Below are positions 12,662 to 24,548 of a stretch of DNA of 64,000 nt, piece by piece (position 1 is the stretch's first letter; every line of letters starts with the position of its first letter). A program made the position numbers and the translations under genes. The notes below the pieces were generated by a model. It was not told the origin of the DNA. It saw only the letters and a list, made by a program, of their open reading frames with translations, and searched no databases. Origin of the DNA: Phallusia mammillata (taxonomy: Eukaryota); the NCBI GenBank assembly GCA_965637545.1, contig OZ281496.1, forward strand, positions 26,226,001 to 26,290,000, given 5' to 3'.

Positions 12662-15448
12662 TTAAAAGAGCCTCTGACATATTGCCAACTCGCGCGCATT
12701 ACAGTTTGTATCATCCATCCGGAATCTGAAGAAGTGTTGCAAGTGGCCACAGTCGCCATCATTGTCGTTGTTGTTTGGTTCACCAGGATAGAAATCGGTG
12801 TTGGCATCTGTCGCTGGAACACCATCAATGTATTTCCAAACTCCTTCCGTTTCAATGTCGTTCATACCGATCCAATAGTGTTGCCGGGGACGCGTTTGAC
12901 GCAAATATGCTACAATCCGCCTAAAGGTGCAAACTTTAGGTGAATTTTACCTGCTATTTACGTTTTATTTTTTACTATTGCATCGAAATAATCAATTTTT
13001 GTCAGGATATTATTACTCAGAACTATTCTAGTTGGGGTAAAACATACAACAGTCAACGTTCCTTTTTTATGTGCTTGCAACAAGCTTGCGTTACGTACTT
13101 GCGAACAGTTGCGTTTCTCATTCCCCAGGTCGCCAAATCTCCGCCAATTGACTGGCAATATTTTCTTGCGTTTTTCCACGTTCTCTTTTGTGTCATAATC
13201 ACGTAATCGAGCGCTAAAACAAATAGATTACATAATCACCCCAAAATTATCTGGATTGTTTAAATTCTCGAAAAGACTAAAGTCATTATACTTAATGCTC
13301 AATCCTATTTTTGTGCAAATACATAACATTTTAAACTATACCTTGCTCACAATGGTTTCCTGAAAACAAACTTTTGCAAGAGCAATTGTAGGCAATATTG
13401 GTGTCCAAGCAAGTTCCGTTATTCTTGCAAAGACCGACGTTAGCCGAGCAAAAGTTGGGCCCTAAAGATATGGTGTTAAGGAATGGCCAAGAAGTTATGG
13501 TATTTTGCTTCCTAAGTAAGCTTACGGCATTGTCTTCCATCTCCTGTGTAGTTTACGTTGCATGAACATTGGAAACTATCCACTGTGTTGATACAAGTTG
13601 CGTGTTCATGACAGTTATGTCTTCCACGTACACAGTGGTCGTCTTCACATCAAATAGCAAAAATGCGTTGCATTACTAACAGTAAATACTTTTCACACAA
13701 TAAATGTACCTGTTTCACAATGCTGGTCAATGTAGCCTTCGCGACAAGAACAGTTATAACTGATATCTGTATCTATGCATGTTCCGTTATTTTGGCATAT
13801 TCCGACATTTTGCGCACAGAAGTCAGCAACTGGTGTACATAAAAAACAACAACACAATAAAACAGTGGTGTTTTATCGATATTTGCTAAAAATGCAAGTT
13901 ACCACAACGCGTTCCTTCTCCGGTGTAATTTACGTTGCATGAACACTGAAAACTAGCCACTATGTTGATACAAGTTGCGTGTTGATGGCAGTTGTGTGTT
14001 CCACTCGTACATTCGTCGATGTCTGCACATAAAACGGCAAAAATGTGTTGCATTAGTAACAACAAATGCTTTTGACACAATAAATATATACCTGTTTCGC
14101 AATACCGGCCAGTGTAGCCATCAAGGCAAGAACAGTTGAAACTAAGATCCGTGTTTAAACACGTTCCGTTGTTTTGACATAATCCGACATTTTGCGCACA
14201 GAAGTCAGCAACTGGTGTACATGAAAAACAACACAATGAAGCAATAGTGTCTTGTCAATATTTACTAAAAATGCAAGTTACCACAACGGGTTCCATCTCC
14301 GGTGTAATTTACGTTACATGAACACTGAAAACTACCCACTGTGTTGATACAAGTTGCGTGTTGATGGCAGTTGTGTGTTCCAGTTGAGCATTCAATAATG
14401 TCTAAGAATAATTTTTCGCGATTTTGTTAGGCCCAATAAAACAACGTACGCGGTTTTATAACAGTATTGCCTCTGTTGTTGGAAAAGTCAGTAAATAATG
14501 TGCCAACCGATACAACATTCGTTCTTAAGCCTACCTTTTTCGCAGCGAATTCCACTGAACCCTGAAGCACACAGACACTTGTAATGACGTGATTCGATGA
14601 TGAATATTCCACCATTAAGACAGGTAGCTAAAGTAAATAAGTATGTTGCTTGATGAATTCATTATAGAAAGCCAAGACTCACACAATTAAGTAAATATAT
14701 ACCTCTACGACTTATATCTAAATTTTTTTTCAATAATTATTAACCAAAAAATTCTTATTGACAAGTGTAAACATTAAAAAAGGTCACTGCAAAATGAGCT
14801 ACTGTTATGCATATAATCAATAATTAAACAGTGTGGCAAATACCTTGTTGAGTGGTAGGTAAGCTTACATGTACTTATTTCAGTTTTAGTACCTTTTGCC
14901 TACACTATTGTAAGCTTGAGTAGCACCCCTACGTTTTTTCGTGACCCACTTTCGACCGTTTTAATAATTAACCAACTCACCAGCTGAAAAAGTTTCGTTA
15001 TGTAGGGAATCCCCCGCAGACAATACAACACCATTGGGTATTTCCAGTTTAGTAAACGTTCCGACATTCCCTGACTGGCTTTGGTGTTTCGAAACCTGTA
15101 GATCTGGGTTGTTAAGTTGTTTTCGTTTTTTTACAAATGGTTGACTTACCATGCCAAAAACACCTATAAATCCTATAATCGTTGTCAAAAATAGAGCAGA
15201 AATAATTCCAAGAAACAACCGTTTTAAACCATTTATATTTTTGTCAAAGTTGCCCACCAATTTCGCTTGTTGTATGGGGTTGCTATGCATTGTTTCGCAT
15301 TCTAAAAAAATTGAATTGCATTACCTGTGAAGACCAAACTCATTAAAATACTTATACGTTGATCCCACGGTAAAGGTTGAACAAGGTTGCAACTCTCGTC
15401 CTCGTCTTCCATTTGTACCAACTTACTGAGAGCAATTTTTGTTTCCAT
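12662..15448 (-). CDS. L3: intact type II receptor with 7 EGF modules and a CTLD (496 or 513 aa)
   Basis: Exons 15448-15358 ([30 protein letters not shown]), 15301-15150 (TM), 15095-14981 (or -15032; stalk), 14627-14535, 14401-14282, 14211-14092, 14022-13903, 13829-13710, 13642-13526, 13461-13342 (EGFs, all phase 1-1), 13213-13099 and 12920-12662 ([18 protein letters not shown]). Open frame throughout. Confidence 0.9.
13526..14401 (-). repeat. Intragenic tandem repeat (~380 bp unit: cbEGF exon + EGF exon + introns) in L3
   Basis: cbEGF exons end at 14282, 13903 and 13526; the EGF exons beginning ADFCAQNVG start at 14211 and 13829; the introns are also repeated. Confidence 0.9.
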
Positions 15449-15897
15449 TATTTTTTCTAAAATAGCGGAATTTTATCTTACAGTCCACGAATTGGGTCGA
15501 ACACTTTTAACAGAAATTGGCCACTTGAGTACTCGAAATTAGCTAACTTGATCTTTCGAAAACTGCCTTTTTATGTTTTATGTTCAACTTTGCGCTTAAC
15601 TTTGTTGAAACTTTCGTAACTTCTGAAGTGCGTATTAAAATCTCTTCGATCAAGTGCAAACACTATCTGTGACACAAGCCACAACGAGAAAGCATGATAA
15701 AACTGGCACGATTGTCAAAAACCAAAGCTTTTTAGAGCTATTTGCGATCTTTGCTTATTTGGCACGGAAGGGTAATGCCTAACAAATTGCAGTAATTCAA
15801 TCAACTCAAAATATTATTGTTTTTTGTTGAAATTAAGATAAATTGAGCGCCATTATTGCTCTACAAACAACATTGTTTACTGTGAATATGTCTACAG

Positions 15898-16176
15898 CAG
15901 GGGTCGGCAACCTTTTAGGCGAGGCGTGCCAATTTACTTGTTATTTCCATGTGTTATTGACCTCGCGTGCCAACGTTTTTCTAAATAATAGTGGTACGTG
16001 CCAGCAGATATCAATAATAAAGAGAAACCTGTTTTGTGCAGGTAGGGCTGAATTTTAAGACAATGACATGATAAAAACTGAAAACAAGCTGTGTAACTGG
16101 TTAAATTGTTACTTCAATATAAAAACGCAAATCGGAAAAATGAAATGGCACGCGTGCCATGGGTTGCCGACACCTG
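15898..16176. mobile_element. hAT MITE, 279 bp
   Basis: TIR CAGGGGTCGGCAACC / GGTTGCCGACACCTG with 8-bp TSD GTCTACAG at 15890-15897 and 16177-16184. Confidence 0.9.
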
Positions 16177-16389
16177 GTCTACAGTGAATCACTGTCAGTG
16201 ATGTTTGAATGCAGTAATGAGGTTGTTGTTTGCTGTACTGGCACACGACCTGTTTGCTATCGTCTGTTGAATTATAACTTTTCACCACCGACCGTCAGTG
16301 TGTCCAGTAAGTCTAAATAAGGTCTAGCAGATGAATGCCAATGTATATTAGGCCCCATCCAGGTAATTTCAGGCCAAAAAGTTTCTTTA

Positions 16390-17652
16390 AATTGTTTACA
16401 GGGAAACAATCGCATGCAAATTGCAAAACTGTTCATTTTACATGGGATGGTCATCCATTGCAATCCATACCTAGGTGCATGGCAGTCGACATTCCCGTTT
16501 GGTTCACTAACATTAACATGGTCACTGGAACACAACAATTGTTTTTCTGATTTCCTTTCTGATCAAGGGCATCCAAATCAATCCAGTAAAATTTCGTGGG
16601 TCGTGCTTGTAACAGATTCGCAGTTTATTATTATTATAGTTTCCCGCGCTCTTGGGCGCATTGGGCAGCAAGATTGTCTTTTGCAATTTCCTCCATCTCC
16701 TTCATGTTTAACCCTCTCATTTCCAGGTCTTTGCGGAAAGTCTTCCCCAGGTAAGCTTTGGCCTACCTCTTTTTCTTTTCCCTTGCGGTCTCCAGCTCAT
16801 AGCAATTGTTGGAGCCCGTTCGTCTGACATGCGTAACACATGCCCCGCAAGTCTAAATCTCCGCGCCGACATGATGGTACATAAAGACTTGGTACCACTA
16901 ATTCGGTACACCTCATCATTTGTAATGTGGTCCTTGTATGTGCTATTTAGGATCCTTCGAAGACAACGCTGATGGAAAGCGTTTATGTGCTTTTTCAGCT
17001 TGACTGTCATTTTCCAGGTTTCACTGGCATATAGAACGGTGGGCATTACAATTGACTGGTACAGTTTGATCTTTACCAATTTCGAAACTTTCGAGCTTGA
17101 CCAAACCGTTTGAGCCTTCTGAAGGCCGAAGTAGCTTTTCCGATGCGGGCATTTATGTCGGCCTCCACATCAACATCTGTTGTGAACACAATGCCAAGAT
17201 AGGTAAAGCTTGTGGTGTTGTTAATAGGCTCAATTCCATTGATGGTTAAATTTACGTTGGACTGAGTTTCCCCTCCAACTCGAAGTAACTTAGTCTTGTC
17301 GCTGTTGATCGTCAGACCGGATTCGCAGTAGTCAACGTAAAATTTCTAAAAAAGGAATCAAAAATACGAAACGTATTTGAAATCCACGATGCTTATGAGG
17401 AAGCCTAAATGTTTTTTATTATTTTCTGTTAGTTTGAATTGTGTTTCAAGCTGGTTCATATGTTTGTACTCGAGTGGGCCCAGTCCAACGATAATGTTAG
17501 CTCGAAGCATCAAACGAGGTTTATCGTTATAAAACAGTATTATACTTGCGAACAGTTGCATTTCTCATTCCCCAGGTGGTCATATCTCGATTTAAGTGAC
17601 AATATTTTTAGGCATTTGTCCAAGCTTGGCTTGCAATCGTAATTATGTGGTC
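16390..17652 (-). pseudogene. CTLD pseudogene fragment split by a LINE
   Basis: 17652-17546 reads [29 protein letters not shown] (first CTLD exon with a stop). 16615-16390 reads QARPTKFYWIDLDALDQKG..EPNGNVDC..AICMRLF with frameshifts (second CTLD exon). Confidence 0.75.
16624..17335 (-). mobile_element. 5'-truncated RTE-clade non-LTR retrotransposon (C-terminal RT region)
   Basis: Minus strand gives SGLTINSDKT..FTYLG..DINARIGKATSAF, then a frameshift, then LYQSIVMPTVLYASETW..FHQRCLRRIL..GHVLRM..GKRKRGRPKLTW. These are typical RTE-type ORF C-terminal motifs. 3' tail (TAA)n at 16625-16638. Confidence 0.85.
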
Positions 17653-17699
17653 TAGCTATACAAAGTGTTGCAAATCCACCGCTCACAGGTTGCAAATAT

Positions 17700-18105
17700 C
17701 CACTTTACGGTTGCAATATTCCATTGCCAATGTATGTCCGCTGATGGCTTACTTGGTCACCAAGATAAAGATCAATATGAGTATTAGTATTGTCATAGAA
17801 ACACTATATTTCCTGTTTACGCTATTTAAGCCGGAGGGCTAGTTTGGAACTAATTGATGGCAATCTAGCTCCATATGTACATTTGAGCCAGGAACGCGAT
17901 ATGTAAATGAAATTGGCCACTGTTGTTTCGGGGTTTCAACGTCACGTGCGGGAACCCGAATTGTTTGTGATCTTTTCTAAAAATTCGAATTCCTTGAAAA
18001 CCGATTGCTTGCGAACAACTTTGTCGCTTATTCATCATGTCAACAAATCTCCGTCAATTGACATGCAATAATTCCTCGCGTCTTTCCAATTACTTGCTGT
18101 ACTTG
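17700..18105 (-). pseudogene. Second decayed CTLD exon pair
   Basis: Minus strand NWKDARNYCMSIDGDLLT** at ~18100-18008 and HIDLYLGDQ (cf. NTDFYPGEP) at ~17780-17755. The intervening intron relic is homologous to 1850-1965. Confidence 0.6.
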
Positions 18106-18504
18106 ATTCATTTTTTTGCCATTCGCTTTCGTTCAACATCACTTTCTTTTTCAACAATATTTCAACAATAGCTTATTGTACTCAATTCTAACCAGTGTGT
18201 TTAATTTGCACTCTGTATGGTTTGGGACATTTTCTTGGCTGTATAAATACACATCTTAATTTGAACACATGTTTGCAACGAAAATATTACATAAAATTTC
18301 CGAAATTACAAGTAAAGGACAAGGTTTATGAATTTATCGTCATTAACAATATGTGAATCCAAATTTGCTCTAGATGTAGTACACTTCAACCAATCTTTAC
18401 GACAAACCAACATGACTTTTACAATGGATTATTAAAATACGAAACTCGTATGAGAACATGCTAGTATATTTGAATGGTTATATTATCGTCGTGGTGTGAT
18501 TTTG

Positions 18505-20631
18505 TTAGCGAGACTGATTCAACCGCCGCTCGCATATTGCCAATTGGAGATAGCTACACCGGTGATCATCCATTGCATAGTCTTGAACATGATTCAAATG
18601 CCCGCAGTCGGCATATCCAACATCGTTTGGTTCACCAGGATAGAAATCGGTATTGTCCTTAGTCACCGGAACACCATCAATGTATTTCCAAACTCCTTCT
18701 TGATCAAGGTCATCCAAACCAATCCAGTAATAGGCGGGGGGTCGCGTTCGAATCATATTGTCCACAATCCAACTTAGATGTAAACAACAACAGTAATGAA
18801 TAGTAAATATTTACTCACAATTACGCACAAATTCAAGGATGCGAGTATCTAAAAAAACGTCTATTAATTAAATTTTAGACCAAAATGATTTTTATTTGCG
18901 TCAATATGTTACTGCAATGCATAAACAAAACTGGTGAAAACTGCCTTACGCTAGCTTAATATTTTATTTCCGTGATTAAGTTAAACCTATGTTACATACG
19001 TGCGAATAGTTGCGTTTCTCATTCCCCAGGTCGCCAAATCTCCACCAATTGACTTGCAATATTTCCTTGCGTTTGCCCAATTTCTTTCAGTGGTCATGAT
19101 CACGTGTTCAAGCGCTAATGCAGAGGTGTTGGTAAAACCAAATCATATTTTGTACAGTTACATAAGCCTTCAATAATACCTTTCTCACAATGGCCTCCTG
19201 AGTACCATACTTTGCAAGAGCAATTGTAGGCAGTACTGGTGTCCAAGCAGGTTCCGTTATGCTGGCAAAGGCCGACATTAGTCGAGCAAAAGTTGGGTCC
19301 TTAAAGAATAAATTTTAGAGACATCCAGACATTTGTGATATTCTGTTTTCTAATCAAGCTTACGACACCGCTTGCCATCTCCTGTATAGTTTGCGTTGCA
19401 TGAACACTGGTAGCTACCCACGGTGTTGGTGCAAGTTGCATGTTGATTGCAGTCATGGGTTTGGGTTGAGCACTCATCAATATCTAAACACATTAACTCG
19501 TCAGTAAGATTGACAGGCTATAACACGTGAACGATTACAACTGAGGTTTTTGCAACTTACCTTTTTCGCACCGAATTCCACTGAACCCTGAATCACACAA
19601 ACACTTGTAATGTCGGGATTGAATGACGAAAAATCCACCATTAAGACAGGTGCCTGAATAAAAGACTATTAGTATTTGCCAATGTCAACGGTTCGCATAT
19701 GGTTGCTAAATCGTCTCAGCATTAAATCTCTTCTCTGAGGCAGGGGTTCCTATTCAAATCCTGCTAGAGAAATAGTTGAAATGATACTACTGTACATATT
19801 TTTATTGTCATTCCAATAGTAATAACTTCCCAGGTTTTACTTGTTACAGTGTTTTTTTCTTGTGGTAGTAATACAAAAACTAATTAGAGATGCAATATTG
19901 TGATGTGGAAAATTTGGCAATAAATGTGGGATAAATGTGTCCATTAAAAAATGTTTAGAACCACTGGTCTCTGTACGTTGTAATGGTAGAAATGAAACTG
20001 GTCTTTGCCTTTTTAAACACTTCGTTTTGTGTTGTTAAGTTGCATCAAGCATTGCCTTTATAAGCAGAACCATGCGAACATGTAGCCTACTGCTTTGTCT
20101 ATTTTTTATGCCTTGATAGTTCAAGCTAACGTCAAACATTATGTTCGAATTTTTTTTTAATATTATTAAACCACTTATATTGGCACCGTTAAGAACTTTT
20201 TATATAGTCAACGGTTACCTTTGTGTCTTTCAAGCTTAGTGAATTGTCCCACCTCTCCCAATTCGTTTTGAAGGTTTAAAGCCTAAAAATCAAGTCTTTA
20301 AAGGTTCTGTTGAAACTCGCTTTTGAGAAAAAAATACTTACCATGAAATGAACTCCTACAAATCCAAAAACGATCGTCAAAAAAAGAGCAAAAGCAATTC
20401 CCAAAAACAGTCTTTTAGAAGTCGTAACGTTTCCGGTCAAGATTTCGGACAATTTTGACTTTCCTGGCTGGTCTTGCATTGTTTTGCAATCTAAAAAACT
20501 CTACGTTATCTCATGATTTATCCAATTATCCCAATTTATGCAAAATACTTACGTTGATCTGGAGTTGTCATCTCACCAATTTTGCAGTTTTCTTCTTGAA
20601 CGTCCATGGTTATGTATTTATTTGAAGACAT
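18505..20631 (-). CDS. L4: intact type II EGF3-CTLD receptor (335 aa)
   Basis: Exons 20631-20553 ([26 protein letters not shown]), 20490-20342 (TM), 20282-20219, 19653-19561, 19483-19364, 19299-19180, 19114-19000 and 18772-18505 ([13 protein letters not shown]). 1008 nt, open frame, GT-AG introns. Confidence 0.92.
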
Positions 20632-21601
20632 TTTTTCGTTAGAACGTAGTTTCCTAAAGTGATCTTTTTTCGCTTTTAGATTTTACTTTACACTTTCTGG
20701 TGATTTTGCTAAGGCCCACAATTTGCGTTGCAGAATCTACCTTTTTTCAGAGTATTGCAATAATGGCTGAAAACCCTATTGCCCACTATGTATAGTTGTA
20801 AAATAACGTTGACAAAACTAAATTTGAAAACCAAACGACGTTTAAAAAACAACGTGACTGTAGACACCTTTCGCTACAAATGCCACCAAAACAAAGGCAA
20901 GGTAGATGTGGTCCGTTATACAAATGCACCGAAATGGCTCGTTTTGCACTAATGATCGCAGTTTGCCACACGTTACGTCAAAGGAAGAGAATGTCGTTAA
21001 AATTGCCATAATCAATCGCACAAAGTGACTGGTTTCTTTGAATTCCTAATTATTGAACTTATGTGGGGTGTTGTTGCATTTTTTGGCACGCATTTAAACA
21101 GTTTCGATATGCCTTGACCAATTTATCCTGACCGTTAAATTCAAAGCTACCTTTGTTAGACTGGAAAGTGAAAAAAACCTTTATCTGCTGTTTGGAATCA
21201 TTTTTCCAAATTAACCACGTTTGTGTCAGTATATTTAGGGATTTCACAAGTCGTATTCACCAATATTGTCGTTTTAGAATTGTGAAGTTATTTTTTACAA
21301 AGTGCTTTGTAGGACTTTGAAGAGCCTAGTAATGATGAACAGATTGCATGTGTTTATTGACAGCTATTACCCTGTTCTTGCTAAAAGCTGATGTTGGTTA
21401 AAATATTCACGTTACGTCGGCTGTTTAGTTTTTTTCGTTAGGTACTGTAGCTTTAAAATCAATTATCTGAACTGCTGCACACAATTTTTTTTTGTGTATT
21501 TTAGTTGGTCAACTTAACTTTCAATGACGTACTGTTCTTTCATCGGACATTAGTTTCATTTATGAGTTGGCAACGTCACTGGAAATTAAAACAGCAGCAA
21601 A

Positions 21602-21930
21602 ATGGAAACTAACCAGAGTTCAAGACTCACAGGTTTGTTTTTTAAACTACTTAATTGACATGTTGTGTGTGGGGTTACATGTATAATTTATCTTTGAATA
21701 GTCCTTTGAATCGAGTATAAAATGGGTAAAACTACAGTAAGTAGTCTTTCATGTCGCAAATGATGCTGATGGCATAAGCGATTGCCAAAACGTCTGGTAA
21801 TAAATCATGTGGATTTTTTCGGCCGATATTTTTAGGATATTTTGGTGCCAAAAGCGATTTTGGTGTTTGCAATCGTAATGATCGTCATCAAATTTCCATT
21901 GTGCTGCCAAAACTGACATTGGACTGTGAT
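21602..21930 (+). pseudogene. Relic two-exon 5' end of a second, plus-strand gene family (MET-start); related copies at 12159, 27981, 35017, 40632 and inverted near 26030-26370
   Basis: ATG GAA ACT AAC CAG AGT TCA AGA CTC ACA G|GTTTGT, a ~110-nt intron, then AG|TCTTTCATGTC. A hydrophobic remnant PKAILVFAIVMIVIKFPLCC follows frameshifts. Confidence 0.4.
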
Positions 21931-22369
21931 GAACAACTGTTATTCTTGAATGTTTGTTTAACGTCACACCACCGTTCCGTGGGGAAAAAATTCAATTTGT
22001 TTTGCTGTATGATCTGTAGGCGTTGAACCTAAGATCGCCTTTGCAAAATAGGTTGTTGTTTTTTTCAAAGAAAGATCGACTCACTCAAATTTGTGCTACA
22101 AAATTTACAATGATATTTTATTAAAAGAACTTTCTAACATTTGGTTTTTAGTACAAACATTTTAAACTTTTACCTGAAAACCATAAAAGTTTCACCATAA
22201 ATTGGTCACATAAGCAAACTAAATTTATTTAATTAATTTTAAACACCTTTATGCAGTCTTTCTGATAAGTTGTTTGCAAAACGAAACCAAAAAAACAAGC
22301 ACATTTTTGCTCCTACCAAATAAATCACCTTCAACCTTATAAACTATGTGTGTTTACAAGAGTTGTAAA

Positions 22370-22715
22370 CGGGCCTGAAATTGAGCCCGACCCCAGCCCG
22401 TACCCGAGAATACAAGCGCGAATCCCGACCCGAACCTGAATCGTTTTTGAGAAACCAGTCCAGGCCCGAAACTTAGATTGACATGCCTTTACAAAGATGT
22501 TTTCAGAAAGACAAAGACAACAATCATAAAAGACTATAATAGACAATGGTCTTAACTGTGGCGTTTTTGAGCTGTTCGGCATTAGGTTAAGTCCAGCAAA
22601 TAGCTACTGAGTTAGTTAGTTTTATTTTTTAAATTACTGACACACCGTTAGAAGTCAGGCCCGAATCAAGCCCATTTTTTGAGAAACCTAAGCCCGAACC
22701 CCCAAAAATCCCATT
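22370..22715. repeat. CCCGA-rich interspersed repeat, probably a DNA-transposon derivative (second copy ~35965-36285; related segments ~48340-48545 and ~55140-55290)
   Basis: Clustered AGCCCGA/GGCCCGA/ACCCGA motifs in otherwise AT-rich DNA. No clear TIR or TSD identified. Confidence 0.45.
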
Positions 22716-22995
22716 TTGAGTAATGTTCTCCTGAGTAAAAAATATTGCAAGAGCCATTCGATCCAATAAGTGTGTCTAAGCAAGTCCCGTTATTCTCGCA
22801 AAAGTTGGCCTCTGGAATTTTTTTATATTGTGCAGTTGTGTCCAGGAACACAGAACAAAGAAGGAGGTAGCCATGACGCAGTGTACATTTGTTGTTTTAC
22901 ACTTACCGCACTAATTTCCATCTGTGTAGTTTGGGTTGCAGGAACATTGGAAACCACCAGCAGTCGTTTTGTGCAGTTATTAAAATAAGAGCATG
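22715..22995 (-). pseudogene. Decayed EGF and cbEGF exons of a lost family member (second copy ~36285-36560)
   Basis: Minus strand [31 protein letters not shown] (Cys lost) and TAGGFQCSCNPNYTDGN*C|GTAAGT. Confidence 0.7.
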
Positions 22996-24081
22996 CACTA
23001 AATGGCAGATGTCTTTCATTTTAATGTCGTACAAAACATTTGGTTCAATCTAGTATTTCTTTTTGGTTGTTTAAACAGTATTTTGACTCAAGTATCTTAG
23101 CTGGGCCTACAAGTGTCGTTCCCTATTCGACATGGAAATGTAAACCTATGATTTCTGTAATGACAAAAACTAGAAATTGAGACAATAACTAAGACAGGTT
23201 TTTACACATTTTGTCGTGTGTCTGGGGTGGACAGATTTTTTTTCATAAATTTAAGGATTACAACTGCTGTAAATTTATAAATTATGGTTGTGGTTACAAA
23301 GTTTAAATTGCCGTTACCGTTTTTCTTTGAACAAATGTTTGTGTAACTGCAGCGCTGTTGCGTGGACAAAAAAGCAAAAGTTGCTTTTCTACCGTACCAA
23401 CTGTAGGCGTTGTATCTCAATCGTTTGTTGTAAAACTAACATAAAGGCTTTCTTTGCCTAATTGATCAAAAAATTCTGTAAGAATAATACAAAAAATGAA
23501 AAAAATTAAGTATTATGACAATTTTTCGCTGTAGTGGTTGTGTCATATCGGAACCAACATATTGGCCAAAACGCATACAGTCGTTTATTTCTCTTGCAAA
23601 TAAATGGATAACTTGCGATAAAACACACTCCAATACGTGCAGTAGCAAATGAAATCCAATATTGTCCCTTTTATAGCGACACAAATTTTATGTTAGATAC
23701 TCTGTTACATAATGATTGCATTAGAAAAATCCTACTGTACTTAAGAAATAAGAATTTTGTGAAAACTGTAAAAGTACATTGGCCAATAAACAAAAGAATA
23801 GCCGCATATAAACACAATCTTACCAAAATGTCCCTACTTTACAGAAAAATGATAATAATTAATCTTTAATAATATACAAAATCAAACTTAATCACTCATT
23901 GGTTTCTGCACGCCTGAACTAAGGCTAAATGTGCATGCATTCTATCAGAATTATGACATATAAAAGACGCTTTCGTGACTGCAGTACAGCACATGCAAAA
24001 ACAAACACTATAGCAAGGACTTTACTTAGTTACAACGCAACTGGTTTCATAAAAAGTGTATGGGTTTTACACATTAATCGA

Positions 24082-24548
24082 TCACATTTGAAACCTTATG
24101 TTATTTTCGTGTGAGCCTAAGTAGATGGCCAACTTGCGCCGTCCACACGGGTGGTCATCCATTTTGAATCCGGTACCATACAAGTAACCGCAGTCAGAAC
24201 CAGCCACGTTGTTTGGTTCACCAGGAATAAAATCGGTATTGGCTCTTGTCATTGGAACACCATCAATGTATTTCCAAACTCCTTCTTCTTCAAGGTCATC
24301 TAATCCAACCCAGTAATCCGCTAATGGGCGCGTTTGGAGCAAATTTTCGGTAATCCAGCTTTAGATTTAAAAGCAAACAAAGTGAAGTACAGTAAATGTA
24401 ACGGGTTGTTTTATTGCACAAAAAGTGGAATTCTTGGACCTGCAAAGGGCCGCTAGGGAATTCCATTTAAAAAGCGTTTAATTCTTTCTTCATCGTTCGT
24501 TGATGTTACACAATGTTTTGTGTGTGTAATAAACTCGGTACCTGCGAA
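24082..24548 (-). pseudogene. L5: orphan last CTLD exon (truncated copy of L7)
   Basis: Exon 24358-24082 WITENLLQTRPLADYWVGLDD..EPNNVAGSDC..MDDHPCGRRKLAIYLGSH. An 11-nt deletion removes the last CTLD Cys. Only 7 nt of the preceding exon (24542-24548) remain before an inversion junction. Confidence 0.85.

Larger units (their letters stand above)
19265..24548. repeat. Segmental duplication B, copy 1 (copy 2 at 30926-38533)
   Basis: Runs from inside the EGF3 exon of L4/L6 through the 5' exons, the upstream DNA and the EGF pseudo-exons to the CTLD exon of L5/L7. Copy 2 carries extra insertions (32753-34337, 34543-34782, 37339-37699). Confidence 0.9.

Noticed and set aside
13526-14401. Regularly spaced repeats as a CRISPR-like array
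   Set aside because: Units are spliced EGF exons plus introns in a eukaryotic gene; there is no repeat-spacer structure or cas genes.
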